From Synechococcus sp. (GTDB taxonomy: Bacteria > Cyanobacteriota > Cyanobacteriia > Thermostichales > PCC-7336), in the NCBI GenBank assembly GCA_051439605.1, contig JBFRWN010000017.1:128001-192000 (forward strand): a DNA stretch of 64,000 bases. Direction: 5' to 3'. Position numbers and translations under genes: made by a program. Under the pieces are notes generated by a model. That model was given only the letters and a program-made list of their open reading frames with translations. It did no database searches and was not told where the DNA came from. Positions 10,091 through 21,709 of the stretch are shown here, piece after piece; positions within the stretch are counted from its first letter, which is position 1; each line of letters opens with the position of its first letter.

Positions 10091-13000
10091 TTGGTTCAGC
10101 ACTTCCTCAGCCGTCAGGCGCAACAGCGAGCTGGATTAGCTCGCTATTACGACTGCGTTCGTACCACCATCCTCGATCGCCAGCACCCCATTTCTGGCCT
10201 GTTACCGGCGAGTACTGCGATTACTGAACATGGAGACTATACCGATGCTTGGGTGAGGGACAACGTTTACAGCATCCTGGCGGTTTGGGGGCTCGCCCTC
10301 GCCTATCGCAAAGTGGACGATGGCGATGGCCGTACGTACGAGCTCGAGCAAAGTGTTGTCAAGTTAATGCGCGGCTTGTTGATGGCCATGATGCGGCAGG
10401 CGGACAAGGTGGAGCGATTTAAGCACACCCAGGATCCCCTCAATGCGCTGCATGCCAAATATGACACTGCCACCGGCGTGGTTGTCGTAGGGGATACAGA
10501 ATGGGGGCATCTACAAGTCGATGCGACGTCACTGTTCCTACTCATGCTGGCCCAGATGACTGTATCGGGGTTGCGAGTTATTTTCACACTGGATGAGGTG
10601 AACTTTGTTCAAAATCTGGTGTTTTACATCAGCAAGGCCTATCAAACGCCCGACTACGGAATTTGGGAGCGGGGGAACAAGATCAATCACGGCACCGCAG
10701 AGCTAAACGCTAGCTCGGTGGGGATGGCTAAAGCGGCGATGGAGGCGATTCACGGCTGCAATTTATTCGGTACTGAGGGTGGCCAAGCATCCGTGATTCA
10801 CGTGCTTTCCCACGATGTTGCGCGGGCGCGGGCCACGCTAGAGTCTCTATTACCTCGGGAATCTAGCTCGAAAGAAGTCGATGCTGCGGTGTTAAGCATT
10901 ATTGGATATCCAGCCTACGCGATCGAAAACGAGGCTTTAGCCGACCTAACTCGGGAAACGATTCGGGAAAAACTGGAGGGACCCTACGGTTGCAAGCGCT
11001 TTTTACGGGACGGTCATCAAACGGCGATTGAAGATAACCGACGCTTGCATTACGAACCAGAAGAGCTAAAGCAGTTCCAGCATATTGAATGCGAATGGCC
11101 GCTGTTTTTCACCTACTCGGTGCTGGATGGCTTGTGCAGAGGCGATCGCGAGCAAGTGGAACGGTATCGCCAAAAACTACAGTCTTTACTAGTGCAGCGG
11201 GATGGCCAGCAATTACTGCCCGAACTGTACGTGGTCCCCCCTGGCGGGATTCCTGACGAGCGGGCGCAACCGGGGAGCCAGCAGCGCTATCCCAATGCCA
11301 ATCTGCCTCTAGTATGGGCCCAGAGTCTTTACTATTTGGGGGAAATGGTGGCCGAGGGGCTGTTGACAGTGGAAGACATCGATCCGCTGGGGCGGCGGTA
11401 CTGCTTGGGGCGACATGCGGTTCCCGTCGTGCAAGTTGCCCTGATGGCTGAGAATGCTGCGCTGCAATCAGAATTATTAGCTTTCGGCATCGAAACTGAA
11501 ACCCAGGCAGAAATTGCTCCCGTACAGATATACGGCGCCGATCAATTGACGGCGGCCTATGCTCAGGTGGGTCGCAACGATAGCCTCGGACTGACTGGGT
11601 GCCCTCCCCAGCGCATGCGCAGTTTGGCTACTTCCAGAATCTACCGCCTGCGCGATCGCCTGGTGGTATTTCTGCCTGCGTTTTTGGACGTCAACCAGTT
11701 TTATTTGACGATTGACTATCACTTCTTGGTGTCAGAAATTCGTGGAGAGCTAGCCTACCTGCAATCCCATTGGCAGCTGCCAGGGCGGCCGACAATGGTA
11801 CTGTTACTCACCCGCACCATGCTCGCCTCCAGTAGTTCGGCTCTATTGGATCTGATGCGAGAGCTGCAAGAGGGACGGTGCGGTACCACGATTGTCAAAC
11901 TGGGAAAATTGCGGGAATTGCTGCGCACTGCTTGCACGGAGAGGATTGACTTTTTACATGGGTTTGAACCCTCGCGCAAAATTGTGTTGGGAGATCGGGT
12001 GATGCCTGCTTATTTGCGCTTTGACCCGGGGGCTACTGACCTCCTCAACAGCAGTCGCGAGCTGTTGTTGGAGTGCGAAACCGATCTGATTTCGCTGCTA
12101 CACATTTTGCGCCAATCCGGCAATATTTACGAGCAAGCGGAGGTGCTAGCCACCCTGCACAAGTTGCAAGGGCTAAACTACGACACCCTCTTGGGGCGAC
12201 ATGAGGGCCTGGATGTGACCGTTAGGGACCTACTGGATGAGGTGTACGACCGAGCGGTAGTGATGCAGGAATGGTCGGTAGTGCGTCGAGCAGCCGGTCT
12301 ATTACAGAAGGTAGACATTGGCTTGGCAGATGCCGTCACAGATATTTTGGTCCGCCAGAAGGTGGTGGCGGTAGGCAAATCCTATACGGATGAATCAACT
12401 ATCTTTAAACCGTTAGCTCAAGAGCAAATCGTCCACAAAATTCTCAAGTTTTGTAGTGAGGACGTGCGGGAACACGTGCTCACCCAAGAAATTTTGATTT
12501 TCCTCAGCGTGCTGATTCGCTCGAATCCAGGGCTATTTGATAACTTAATGACTCTGCGGGTGAGTAATCTCATTCTGATGATTTCCGGGGAAATTGCGCG
12601 CGAGCTATCGCTCGAACAGGATGCTGCCTACGAAACCTTGATGGGGCTGAGTCCCTTTGAGATCAAGACAAGATTGCAGGCGGTTTTGCAGGAATACGGT
12701 CAGTTCGATCGCGTAGTGGAACAGCAGGAATCGCTGCATGTCAGCGCGGACAATCCCGATTTGCAAGATGTGGAAGTTCCGGATGCCCAGGTACCAGAAC
12801 CAGAGGGGGGATGGTTGCGCCAGCGCAAACTGGAGGGGAGCATCAACCGAGTAACCTCAGACTTTTATCAGCGGGTGTGGAACATCATGCAGCGTTGCCG
12901 GGGGCTGACGATTGGTGACAAGCTAGAACGACGAAACCGTCTGGATAGCCGCACCTTGCTCTCTGAAATGACTCCGGGTGAGAAAAACTTTGCCTTGGCG

Positions 13001-13336
13001 GTGGAACACCTACTGAACAAGACTGCTGCGCCGGAATATCGGCAGCTGAATGTGGAGGCGCTGATGGCCATTTCCCAGGCGATCGAGGCGAACCCCAACT
13101 TGAAGTTTGACGATTACCTGGTCATGGACGTGCTCATCGGCCATGCGGTGAGATTGGCATGGTTGGAGACCCATCCAAAAGATGCTCATCGCTACCGTTT
13201 GGACGGGGGGTTGAGAGCGCAAGCCTGGTCTGCCTTTTACGAGCGCTCTCCTCACGATTGCGAAGTGTGGGCGATCGAGGCTGTGAAGTACTTGATTGAC
13301 ATGGGGCAGCAGATGAGGCAACCCATTGGGGCTTAG
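10091..13336 (+). CDS. Glycoside hydrolase 15-like / phosphorylase kinase alpha-beta subunit homologue
   Basis: GLLPAS, DAWVRDNVYS, WGHLQVDA, PDYGIWERG, GCKRFLRDG, IECEWPLF, EMTPGEKNFAL. Confidence 0.9.
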   Translation: MVQHFLSRQAQQRAGLARYYDCVRTTILDRQHPISGLLPASTAITEHGDYTDAWVRDNVYSILAVWGLALAYRKVDDGDGRTYELEQSVVKLMRGLLMAMMRQADKVERFKHTQDPLNALHAKYDTATGVVVVGDTEWGHLQVDATSLFLLMLAQMTVSGLRVIFTLDEVNFVQNLVFYISKAYQTPDYGIWERGNKINHGTAELNASSVGMAKAAMEAIHGCNLFGTEGGQASVIHVLSHDVARARATLESLLPRESSSKEVDAAVLSIIGYPAYAIENEALADLTRETIREKLEGPYGCKRFLRDGHQTAIEDNRRLHYEPEELKQFQHIECEWPLFFTYSVLDGLCRGDREQVERYRQKLQSLLVQRDGQQLLPELYVVPPGGIPDERAQPGSQQRYPNANLPLVWAQSLYYLGEMVAEGLLTVEDIDPLGRRYCLGRHAVPVVQVALMAENAALQSELLAFGIETETQAEIAPVQIYGADQLTAAYAQVGRNDSLGLTGCPPQRMRSLATSRIYRLRDRLVVFLPAFLDVNQFYLTIDYHFLVSEIRGELAYLQSHWQLPGRPTMVLLLTRTMLASSSSALLDLMRELQEGRCGTTIVKLGKLRELLRTACTERIDFLHGFEPSRKIVLGDRVMPAYLRFDPGATDLLNSSRELLLECETDLISLLHILRQSGNIYEQAEVLATLHKLQGLNYDTLLGRHEGLDVTVRDLLDEVYDRAVVMQEWSVVRRAAGLLQKVDIGLADAVTDILVRQKVVAVGKSYTDESTIFKPLAQEQIVHKILKFCSEDVREHVLTQEILIFLSVLIRSNPGLFDNLMTLRVSNLILMISGEIARELSLEQDAAYETLMGLSPFEIKTRLQAVLQEYGQFDRVVEQQESLHVSADNPDLQDVEVPDAQVPEPEGGWLRQRKLEGSINRVTSDFYQRVWNIMQRCRGLTIGDKLERRNRLDSRTLLSEMTPGEKNFALAVEHLLNKTAAPEYRQLNVEALMAISQAIEANPNLKFDDYLVMDVLIGHAVRLAWLETHPKDAHRYRLDGGLRAQAWSAFYERSPHDCEVWAIEAVKYLIDMGQQMRQPIGA

Positions 13337-13667
13337 CCACAAATATTATTAGATGTGCCGAAAAGACGGGTTACGCGTTGAGCAAAGAAACAACCGCATC
13401 AGAAGCGAAGCCTCGCACGATCGCTTCTCCTGCTTAAAGCTCCTTTTTGCCGTTCCGTAGCATAGGGGAGGAAAGAATTAAAGACCAAAAAGCTTGTTAA
13501 CTTATGTTAAGCAAGGCTAAGTCTTTGGGTAATTTGATTTACAAGCGGGCCAGGTTGAAAAGAAATCAACTGCCGCAATTGTTTTGTTACTAAATAAGTA
13601 GCACGAGATTGTATGGCGTTCGATCTGGAGTGCAACCAAGCAAGCATCTCTATTTGCAGGGCATCAC

Positions 13668-13967
13668 ATGCAGTACACCATCAGATTTGTTGAGCCAGCT
13701 CAGGGAACTGAGCAATCAGTAGCGGTTGAGCCCGGCGAGAACATATTGGACGCCGCTGACGAGCAGGGAGTGGACTTACCTTATTCTTGTCGAGCAGGTA
13801 AATGTGTTTCTTGTATCGGCAGGATCGTCAGTGGCACAGTCGAGCAGGATCATGACTTTTTGAAGCCCAACGAACTAGATGCAGGGTTTGTTTTAACCTG
13901 CATGGCTCATGCGAAAACTGATTGCGTGATTCACACTCATCAAGAGGATGCTTTATTCGATCTGTAG
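13668..13967 (+). CDS. Plant-type [2Fe-2S] ferredoxin, divergent PetF-like paralogue
   Basis: LPYSCRAGKCVSC...VLTC cluster motif, HQED tail. Confidence 0.9.
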   Translation: MQYTIRFVEPAQGTEQSVAVEPGENILDAADEQGVDLPYSCRAGKCVSCIGRIVSGTVEQDHDFLKPNELDAGFVLTCMAHAKTDCVIHTHQEDALFDL

Positions 13968-14210
13968 GCAAACTCTTGGGGGCGAATTCATTTGAGCTCA
14001 GACGTTCTTAATTTCCATACAGGTTCCTCAAATTCAATAATCTAGGGACTTCGTCGAGGTTATAGGCACCTCAACTTGCCAGTAATTATTCGCTGCGTAA
14101 AGACATGAAACTTGTTATGTCTTCGTGGTGGTGAGGCTGCGATCGAGCCCCTAAACTTGTAGGTCAAGGTTGAGTTGAAAACACCTTGTGTCGTTGTGAG
14201 ACTTCAAGCT

Positions 14211-14963
14211 ATGACCTCCCCAAAAATTGCTGCCATGCTAGAAGCCCTAGCCAGTCGTCGCGCTCTGAAAGTGATTAGCGGCTTGCAGAATTTTGATGCC
14301 ACGAGCGTTCGACGAGTGGTACGTGCGGCGGAAATGGGTGGGGCTGCCTGGGTGGATATTGCAGCCGATCGCAGCCTGATCGAGATGGCTCGGCAGGAGA
14401 CTCAACTGCCCATCTGCGTGTCGGCTATAGATCCTGACCTCCTCAAAGGGGCTGTCGAGTCAGGGGCAGACTTTGTGGAAATTGGTAACTACGACAGCTT
14501 CTACGCCTCTGGCCGCGAGTTTTCTGCAGCAGAAGTGTTGCAATTGACCCAGACCACCCGAACCCTGTTGCCCCGTACCCTGTTGTCGGTTACGGTGCCC
14601 CATACGCTGCCCCTCGATCGCCAAGCGGAATTAGCAGAACAACTGGAGACACTAGGGGCAGATTTGATCCAAACGGAGGGGGGCACCAGTAGCACCCCCG
14701 CCCACGCAGGCACCTTGGGGTTAATTGAAAAAGCTGCCCCCACGCTGGCTGCTACCTACGAAATTAGCCGTGTGGTTTCAATTCCCGTGCTGTGCGCATC
14801 GGGATTGTCCACCGTCACCGTTCCCATGGCGATCGCCGCTGGAGCTGCTGGAGTTGGCGTCGGTTCTGCCATCAGCCAACTGGATAATGCAATTGCGGCC
14901 GTCGCTCAGGTGCGGGCATTGGTGGAAGCTCTTTCCAGTACGGAGACTCGCATTTCCGCTTAA
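14211..14963 (+). CDS. ycf23: DUF561 / Ycf23 family protein
   Basis: LKVISGLQNFD, EIGNYDSFY, LSVTVPH, IQTEGG, LIEKAAPTLA; ATG at 14211 is the likely start. Confidence 0.85.
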   Translation: MTSPKIAAMLEALASRRALKVISGLQNFDATSVRRVVRAAEMGGAAWVDIAADRSLIEMARQETQLPICVSAIDPDLLKGAVESGADFVEIGNYDSFYASGREFSAAEVLQLTQTTRTLLPRTLLSVTVPHTLPLDRQAELAEQLETLGADLIQTEGGTSSTPAHAGTLGLIEKAAPTLAATYEISRVVSIPVLCASGLSTVTVPMAIAAGAAGVGVGSAISQLDNAIAAVAQVRALVEALSSTETRISA

Positions 14964-15308
14964 TTGAATACTTGTCAGGGTTAGGGCATGACAACTTGAA
15001 GCTCCCCCCTCAAGTGAGGTGTCTAGCGTGTGACTTGCCTTGGGCAGATGGAAGACCGATGTAACACTTTGCTTACTAGAGACCGGGGCATTAGTTCTCC
15101 GGTTTTTCTATTGCGACTGTGCATCAGCCTGTTTAACAAATCATTAACATTGGTAAACTCCCATCCCAAATACAGATAAGTGGAGAAGCTGCGATCCTCT
15201 CTAGGTTTGGCTTGTGGCGTATTACGAAGCCTTACAGGTAGACGCACAAAACCAGCAGGATACGACCCTCAAAACGCTAAGATAACCTTAAGAATTCAAT
15301 GATTCATA

Positions 15309-17741
15309 GTGACTAACCCTGTGTTGCTTCCTCTAATCCCGTTGCGTGACACAGTGGTTTTTCCACGTTTGGTGGTGCCGTTGTTGATCGGTCGCGCGCG
15401 ATCGCTGGCGGCCCTTGAGGAAGCATTGGAAACTGAAGAGCAGCTGGTGGTGTTGGCGGCTCAAAAACAGGGGGATGTTGAAGATCCTTTGGCCAAAGAT
15501 CTCTTCCGGATGGGCACCATTGCCAAAATTCATCAGGTCATGAGACTACCGGATGAGTCCGTCAAGATTTTGGTGGAAGGACAAAGTCGCATCAGAATTT
15601 CGAAATTTCGTCGTCGCCAACCGGGATTTCAGGTGTATGTCCATCCACTAGCTGTGGAAACTGAGGATGAGTCCCCGAAGCAGCAAAAACGCTTGGATGT
15701 GATGCAGCGGATTTTGCGGGATGAATTTGCTAAATACGTCAGCGCCCATCCCAAGCTGCCAAGTGCCGCCTACGAGTCTGTGCAAGAGATTACGGAACTT
15801 GACCACCTAGCGGATTTGATCGCCTCTTTCTTGCCCATCGAACTAGAGCAGAAGCAAGAATTACTAGCGGAAACAGACCTCTCCAAGTTGCTGATGCGGG
15901 TAAGCCAGCTGTTGCACACCCAAATGAAGCTGGTGGAGATCGAACAAGATATCCATGCACGGGTACGGGAGCGGATTGAGGCCAATCAGAAAGAGTACTA
16001 CTTGCGGGAACAACTGAAGACGATTCAGTCAGAGCTCGGGGATGATGTCGAAGAGGTAACCACGCTGCGCCAGAAAATAGAAGCAGTAGGGATTCCAGAG
16101 GCATCGTGGCCGCGGGTGGAGCGAGAACTAAAGCGATTGGAGCAGCTGCCTGCCATGACTGCGGAGGCGGGAGCGATTCAAAACTATCTCGAGTGGCTGT
16201 CCTCGCTGCCCTGGCAATCGATGCAGAAGGAGACGCTGGATCTGGAGATCGCAGAGGATGTGCTCGAGCGCGAGCATTACGGACAGGACAAAGTGAAAGA
16301 GCGCATCCTGGAATTTTTGGCAGTGCGTCAGCTGTTGGTCAGCCAGGAACAATCTAAGGGGGGCAGTCCTGCGATCCTTTGTCTGGTGGGACCACCAGGG
16401 GTGGGGAAAACTAGTCTGGCGAGATCGATCGCCGATAGCCTGAAGCGCAAACTGGTGAGGGTCAGTCTTGGGGGGGTGCACGACGAATCCGCCATCAGGG
16501 GGCACCGCCGCACCTACATTGGGTCGATGCCCGGTCGGATTTTGCAGGCGTTGCGGGATGTGGGGACGCGCAATCCCGTTATGCTGCTGGATGAAATTGA
16601 CAAGTTGGGCGCGTCTTTTCAGGGGGACCCGGCGGCGGCTTTGCTGGAGGTACTAGACCCCGAACAGAACGCCACCTTTAGCGACCACTTTGTAGAGATT
16701 CCGTTTGACCTGTCGCAAGTGTTCTTTATCTGTACTGCGAATACAGATGACACCATTCCTGCACCGCTGCTCGATCGCATGGACGTGATTCGACTGGGGG
16801 GATATACAGAAGCGGAAAAAGTGGCGATCGCCCGTAAGCATCTGATCCCTAAACAGATTGCCAAACATGGTTTGGAACCGGATGCTCTAGAGCTACAAAA
16901 GTCGGCTCTGCAGAGGCTGATTCGGGAATATACACGGGAAGCGGGAGTGCGCAACCTCGAACGCCGAGTCGGTGCCCTCTGTCGTAAGGTGGCTCGCAAA
17001 TTGCTGGCTTCTCCGAAACAGCGACGCCGCCGGATTAGTGCCAGCAATCTGGAATCCTATCTCGGTACACCTATTTATCTGCAAGAGAGTAAGGATCGCA
17101 AAAATCAGGTGGGCATTTGCACTGGCTTGGCCTGGACCCCCTACGGCGGCTGTACCCTGCCAATTGAGGTGAACGTCATGCCCGGCAAAGGTAAACTGCA
17201 GCTTACCGGCCAGCTAGGAGATGTGATGAAGGAGTCCGCCCAAGCGGCATTTAGCTACATTCGCTCCCATTCTGAAGAGCTGCGGGTGACGGACGGATTC
17301 CCCGATCAGGTGGACGTTCATATTCATATTCCCGAAGGGGCAACGCCGAAGGACGGTCCTTCGGCAGGTATTGCGATGGCGACTGCCCTTGTCTCTGCTT
17401 TATCTGGGCGATCGGTGCGACATGACGTGGCCATGACCGGCGAGATAACGCTGCGGGGACGAGTGCTACCCATTGGGGGATTAAAGGAAAAATCGCTAGC
17501 GGCCAAGCAGGTGGGCATCAAAACAGTGTTGCTGCCGAAGGCCAATCAAAAAGATTTGCAGGCTATCCCTGAGGAAGTGAAGCGCAACTTGGACCTGCGG
17601 CCAGTGGAGCACCTGTCGGAGGTACTGGACTGTGCCCTAGAAAAACCCCATAAGGGGGAGACCCGCACGTTTGTGCTGCCCTGGGTGAAGGTGGGGGGCG
17701 CTGCGGCACTGGGTGAGGGACCCAGTCTGAATCCTTCTTGA
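15309..17741 (+). CDS. lon: ATP-dependent protease La (LonA), full length
   Basis: LON N-domain (PLRD.VVFP), Walker [22 protein letters not shown], catalytic PKDGPSAG and GGLKEK. Confidence 0.96.
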   Translation: MTNPVLLPLIPLRDTVVFPRLVVPLLIGRARSLAALEEALETEEQLVVLAAQKQGDVEDPLAKDLFRMGTIAKIHQVMRLPDESVKILVEGQSRIRISKFRRRQPGFQVYVHPLAVETEDESPKQQKRLDVMQRILRDEFAKYVSAHPKLPSAAYESVQEITELDHLADLIASFLPIELEQKQELLAETDLSKLLMRVSQLLHTQMKLVEIEQDIHARVRERIEANQKEYYLREQLKTIQSELGDDVEEVTTLRQKIEAVGIPEASWPRVERELKRLEQLPAMTAEAGAIQNYLEWLSSLPWQSMQKETLDLEIAEDVLEREHYGQDKVKERILEFLAVRQLLVSQEQSKGGSPAILCLVGPPGVGKTSLARSIADSLKRKLVRVSLGGVHDESAIRGHRRTYIGSMPGRILQALRDVGTRNPVMLLDEIDKLGASFQGDPAAALLEVLDPEQNATFSDHFVEIPFDLSQVFFICTANTDDTIPAPLLDRMDVIRLGGYTEAEKVAIARKHLIPKQIAKHGLEPDALELQKSALQRLIREYTREAGVRNLERRVGALCRKVARKLLASPKQRRRRISASNLESYLGTPIYLQESKDRKNQVGICTGLAWTPYGGCTLPIEVNVMPGKGKLQLTGQLGDVMKESAQAAFSYIRSHSEELRVTDGFPDQVDVHIHIPEGATPKDGPSAGIAMATALVSALSGRSVRHDVAMTGEITLRGRVLPIGGLKEKSLAAKQVGIKTVLLPKANQKDLQAIPEEVKRNLDLRPVEHLSEVLDCALEKPHKGETRTFVLPWVKVGGAAALGEGPSLNPS

Positions 17742-17793
17742 ACGTCGAATGCCTGTTGACTGAATTGGCATCTAGAAAGATTGATGCGATCGT

Positions 17794-18858
17794 CTAAATA
17801 GGTCCCAAGTTGGATTGGGCTGCCTGGGGATTGCTGTCTTCTGTGGCGGAAAAGACCCCGGCTTCGTATCCTTTGGAGGCAAGGAAACGCACTTGATCGA
17901 GGGCTTCGGCCTCTGTGGAGTAAGCTCCGGTGCGCACCACTTGTTGCTGGTTGTAGAGGGTAGGTTGAGCCTCCGGCACGATCGCTTTGACGGCGGGATA
18001 ATTTTGGCCGATGGGATCTGCAATCAGTACCCAGTAGACAGCTATAGGGGCAGCTGCTTGTGGGGCAGGCACTTGAGGTGTTTGAGGGGCAGCTGTCAGT
18101 GGGGCAGCCGTCTGAGAATCGGCAGATTGTGTAGCGGAGTCATCGGTGGGGGCAGCGATCGCCGTCCATCCCTGCTCGGCGAGCCAATCTGCCTGCAGTT
18201 GGGCTTGCGATCGGCTGGAAAAGCTGCCGGTTTGGATGGAGGGTTCACCAGCACGGGACCGCAGAGAGGCTTGGGGGAAATAGTGCTGAAGTTTTTGTAG
18301 GGCCTCTTCCGGAGGGGTTTCAGGGGGGATAGAGGCCAGCGTAGTATAGCGGCGATCTGCGGTCTGGGTTGGGGATGGCTGACTAGCCGTTGCAGTTGGC
18401 TCTGGGCTTTTGGCGGTATTGCCTGTGGAGTCAGAGGCGGTTGTGATACTACCGGAGTTTTCGCTGGCCTCAGCAATAGTCTCTGTGGCCTCTGGCTCGT
18501 AGCTCTTGATGGTGCTGGAAACGTTTAGCGCATTGAGGATGGCTGCTTGTTCGCGAGCATTTTCTTCTTTGGCAAACGTACCAGCCACGATCGCCTCTTT
18601 ACCATCGGGGGCGGTAGCGATGTAGGCGTCCGGCACTTTAGTGCGAACGGTGGCCAACACGTCGGGAGAATTGGAGAGCACGGCCACTTGGAAGAATGGG
18701 TCTGCGGCCACCCGGGTGGAGATGGCTAGAGTCGGGAATGCAAGCGCAGCAAACGCCATCATGGTGGAGGCCACAATTCTCCGCTGTGTCTGAGGGGGAA
18801 CGCGTACCGTAAAGATGAGGGACCTTACGCTGATGGATGGTTCGATTAATTGCAACAC
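17794..18858 (-). CDS. Exported protein with three SPOR-like repeats (start uncertain)
   Basis: Repeated motifs [23 protein letters not shown] and [12 protein letters not shown] separated by S/T/P/A linkers; hydrophobic N-terminal segment. Confidence 0.65.
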   Translation of the reverse strand: MLQLIEPSISVRSLIFTVRVPPQTQRRIVASTMMAFAALAFPTLAISTRVAADPFFQVAVLSNSPDVLATVRTKVPDAYIATAPDGKEAIVAGTFAKEENAREQAAILNALNVSSTIKSYEPEATETIAEASENSGSITTASDSTGNTAKSPEPTATASQPSPTQTADRRYTTLASIPPETPPEEALQKLQHYFPQASLRSRAGEPSIQTGSFSSRSQAQLQADWLAEQGWTAIAAPTDDSATQSADSQTAAPLTAAPQTPQVPAPQAAAPIAVYWVLIADPIGQNYPAVKAIVPEAQPTLYNQQQVVRTGAYSTEAEALDQVRFLASKGYEAGVFSATEDSNPQAAQSNLGPI

Positions 18859-18984
18859 GCCGACTCCTCCGTCTTGTCTTGAACTTGACCGTACCTCAAC
18901 CGGTGGAGAAAGGATGGTGCTTTAACGTAAAAATAACCCCATGGGTGGTGTTGTTTGCAAAAGTCAAGGGACGGTATTCCGCAT

Positions 18985-19002
18985 GTTACAAACTTTTACA
19001 AA
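18985..19002 (+). promoter_or_regulatory. HLR1 (RpaB-binding) direct repeat upstream of ftsH
   Basis: GTTACAAA-CT-TTTACAAA is an exact match to (G/T)TTACA(T/A)(T/A)-N2-(G/T)TTACA(T/A)(T/A). Confidence 0.7.
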
Positions 19003-19130
19003 AAACTAATCTGTGCCACCCTGAATATAGATGGTATCGGACAAAAACCAGCGAGATCGGGGGTGAAGTTTGCTGGTCAACAGCATGTTCTAGCCATTTA
19101 CCCATTGCTGCATCGATAGAGGTCTACAAA

Positions 19131-21029
19131 ATGGGAATCAACGATAAACCGCGTAATTCGCGCAACCGCACCATCGGCAATGTGTTGCTGGCGATCGCCG
19201 GATCGATTTTGTTACTCAACCTGATTGGTCCGCTGTTTTTCGGGCCGCAAACCCCGAGAGTCCCCTACAGCTTTTTCATCGACAAGGTGGAGGATGGCTT
19301 GGTCGAACGCGTTCAGGTGGGCCAGGAAAAGATCTTGTTCCAGGTGAACGAGGGTGAGAAAGAGGCAATTTACTCCACCACTCCGATTTTCGATTTGGAC
19401 TTGCCCAAGCGCCTTGAAGATAAAGGCATCGAATTCGCGGCTGCCCCTCCCCCTCAAAACCGTTGGTTCTCCAATATTTTGGGTTGGGTGATTCCCCCCC
19501 TGATTTTTGTGGCGGTGTGGCAGTTCTTTTTGGGACGCGGCATCGGTGGAGGAGGCCAGGGGGCGCTGTCCATTAGTAAGAGTAAGGCCAAAGTCTACGT
19601 TGAAGGGGAATCCACCCGAACGACGTTTGCAGATGTAGCCGGGGTGGAAGAAGCCAAAGCGGAACTGGAGGAAATCGTCGAGTTCCTTAAAAACCCCCGC
19701 AAGTACACCAATATCGGCGCCCGCATTCCTAAAGGGGTCTTGCTAGTTGGCCCTCCCGGCACCGGTAAAACTCTGCTGGCAAAAGCTGTTGCCGGTGAAG
19801 CTGGAGTGACATTCTTCAGCATTTCTGGCTCCGAGTTTGTGGAGTTGTTTGTGGGTGCGGGGGCAGCACGGGTGCGCGACTTGTTTGAGCAAGGGAAAAA
19901 GCAAGCTCCTTGCATCATATTCATTGACGAATTGGATGCAATTGGTAAATCCCGAGCCACTGGTGGTTTTGTCGGTGGTAGCGACGAGCGGGAGCAAACC
20001 CTGAACCAGCTTTTGACGGAAATGGACGGCTTTGCGGCGGGGGACAATACCGTAATTGTGTTAGCAGCCACCAATCGCCCCGAAACCCTAGACCCCGCTC
20101 TGTTGCGTCCTGGTCGTTTCGATCGCCAAGTGCTGGTCGATCGCCCCGACCTATCAGGTCGTCTGGAAATCCTCCAGATTTATGCCCGTAAAGTGAAGTT
20201 GGGGGATGACGTCGACCTGAGAGCGATCGCGACTCGCACTTCGGGTTTTGCCGGTGCCGATTTGGCCAATTTAGTGAACGAAGCAGCACTGCTGGCCGCC
20301 CGCTCCGGCCGTACGACGGTGGCTCAAGAGGACTTTGGAGAGGCGATTGAACGGGTGGTTGCGGGTCTGGAGAAGAAGAGCCGCGTGCTCAACGATCGCG
20401 AGAAAGAGATCGTGGCCTTTCACGAAGTCGGTCACGCGCTGGTGGGGGCTGCGGTTCCTGGCGGAAACGAGGTGGCAAAGATTTCGATTGTGCCACGCGG
20501 TATGGCGGCGTTGGGTTACACTCTACAGCTTCCGACTGAGGATCGGTTCTTAAATGACGAGACCGAATTGCGCGGCCAGATTGCCACGCTGTTGGGGGGC
20601 CGGTCGGCTGAGGAGATTATCTTTGGCAACGTCACCACTGGTGCGGCGAATGACCTGCAGCGGGCCACCGATGTGGCGGAGCGAATGGTAACCAGCTACG
20701 GCATGAGCAAAGTCCTGGGTCCTTTAGCTTACGATCGCCCGCAGTCCAATATGTTTCTGGGGGATGGGGTTGGCAATCCTCGCCGGATGGTGAGCGATGA
20801 AACGGCTCGGGCGATCGATGAGGAAGTGAAGGGAATTGTGGAAGGGGGTCACCAGTTGGCTCTGTCCATCCTGAAGGAGAATCGCGATTTGCTGGAAGAG
20901 ATTGCTCGCAAGATTCTGGAGCAGGAGGTGATTGAGGGGGATGAGTTGAAGTCCTTGCTCGCTCGCCTCAACTCTAGCCATGTATCAGCGCAGAAGGATG
21001 AAACCGGAGTTGAGACAATCGCAGCCTAA
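19131..21029 (+). CDS. ftsH: ATP-dependent zinc metalloprotease FtsH, FtsH4-like
   Basis: Two TM helices, [38 protein letters not shown]; true start likely ATG 19131 (GAGG upstream), not 18837. Confidence 0.95.
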   Translation: MGINDKPRNSRNRTIGNVLLAIAGSILLLNLIGPLFFGPQTPRVPYSFFIDKVEDGLVERVQVGQEKILFQVNEGEKEAIYSTTPIFDLDLPKRLEDKGIEFAAAPPPQNRWFSNILGWVIPPLIFVAVWQFFLGRGIGGGGQGALSISKSKAKVYVEGESTRTTFADVAGVEEAKAELEEIVEFLKNPRKYTNIGARIPKGVLLVGPPGTGKTLLAKAVAGEAGVTFFSISGSEFVELFVGAGAARVRDLFEQGKKQAPCIIFIDELDAIGKSRATGGFVGGSDEREQTLNQLLTEMDGFAAGDNTVIVLAATNRPETLDPALLRPGRFDRQVLVDRPDLSGRLEILQIYARKVKLGDDVDLRAIATRTSGFAGADLANLVNEAALLAARSGRTTVAQEDFGEAIERVVAGLEKKSRVLNDREKEIVAFHEVGHALVGAAVPGGNEVAKISIVPRGMAALGYTLQLPTEDRFLNDETELRGQIATLLGGRSAEEIIFGNVTTGAANDLQRATDVAERMVTSYGMSKVLGPLAYDRPQSNMFLGDGVGNPRRMVSDETARAIDEEVKGIVEGGHQLALSILKENRDLLEEIARKILEQEVIEGDELKSLLARLNSSHVSAQKDETGVETIAA

Positions 21030-21055
21030 GTTGCATTTGAAATGTTATGTGAATG

Positions 21056-21080
21056 AAGCGGGTCTATGACCCGCTTTTTT
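21056..21080 (+). terminator. Intrinsic terminator of ftsH
   Basis: AAGCGGGTC-TAT-GACCCGCTT followed by a T-run. Confidence 0.8.
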
Positions 21081-21709
21081 GATTAGCTAAATACTTTGGT
21101 GTCAATAGTCTTTTGCAGTGGGTTCTATTTGCCAGAATGGGAACGAATCGGCATGAGCTCTGTGCTCGGGAGGCCATTTTGCGTAGGTTTGATAATATTC
21201 CAGCGGGCCAAGTCAACAATCTTCTCTCTATGGAATGCATTCCCCCCTGGCAGCGAGTGACAATTTTGATTGAGGAAGATCTACCAGAGGGGGTTAACCG
21301 TCCATCACAAGAGGGATACCCAAGAGGGAGCCACCCTCCTAATGATTCTCAAGGTTTTCCCAACCCTGCCACTGGCAGCTAGACCTGAAATTTCTCAACG
21401 AACAAAGCGGGTGATTTTCTCGCTTTTGATATTGCTGAAGCCAGTTCTGTGCTGGCTGTTGCCCTTCCAGTCAGGACGGCAAGAACTTTGTCCAATATGG
21501 GTTCTGCAATGGTTGAGCTGTCGCAACCTTTCCCTCCACACAGGATTGTCGGTGAAGAGGGATTTATCCACCATTACCGTACAGCAGCGCATCATAGTTA
21601 GCGGGGGATTGCTAGCAGATCTTCTGCCTACCATACTGGGCCATGACTGTTGCTCGGGTTGCCATGCAATCTGCGTGGAAGTTAGGCTGAGCTCTGTCGC
21701 GACCTGTTG

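Noticed and set aside
18837..19130. N-terminal 98-aa extension of FtsH in the ORF track
   Set aside because: It overlaps the divergent gene start and contains the HLR1 box; FtsH-like sequence begins at ATG 19131.
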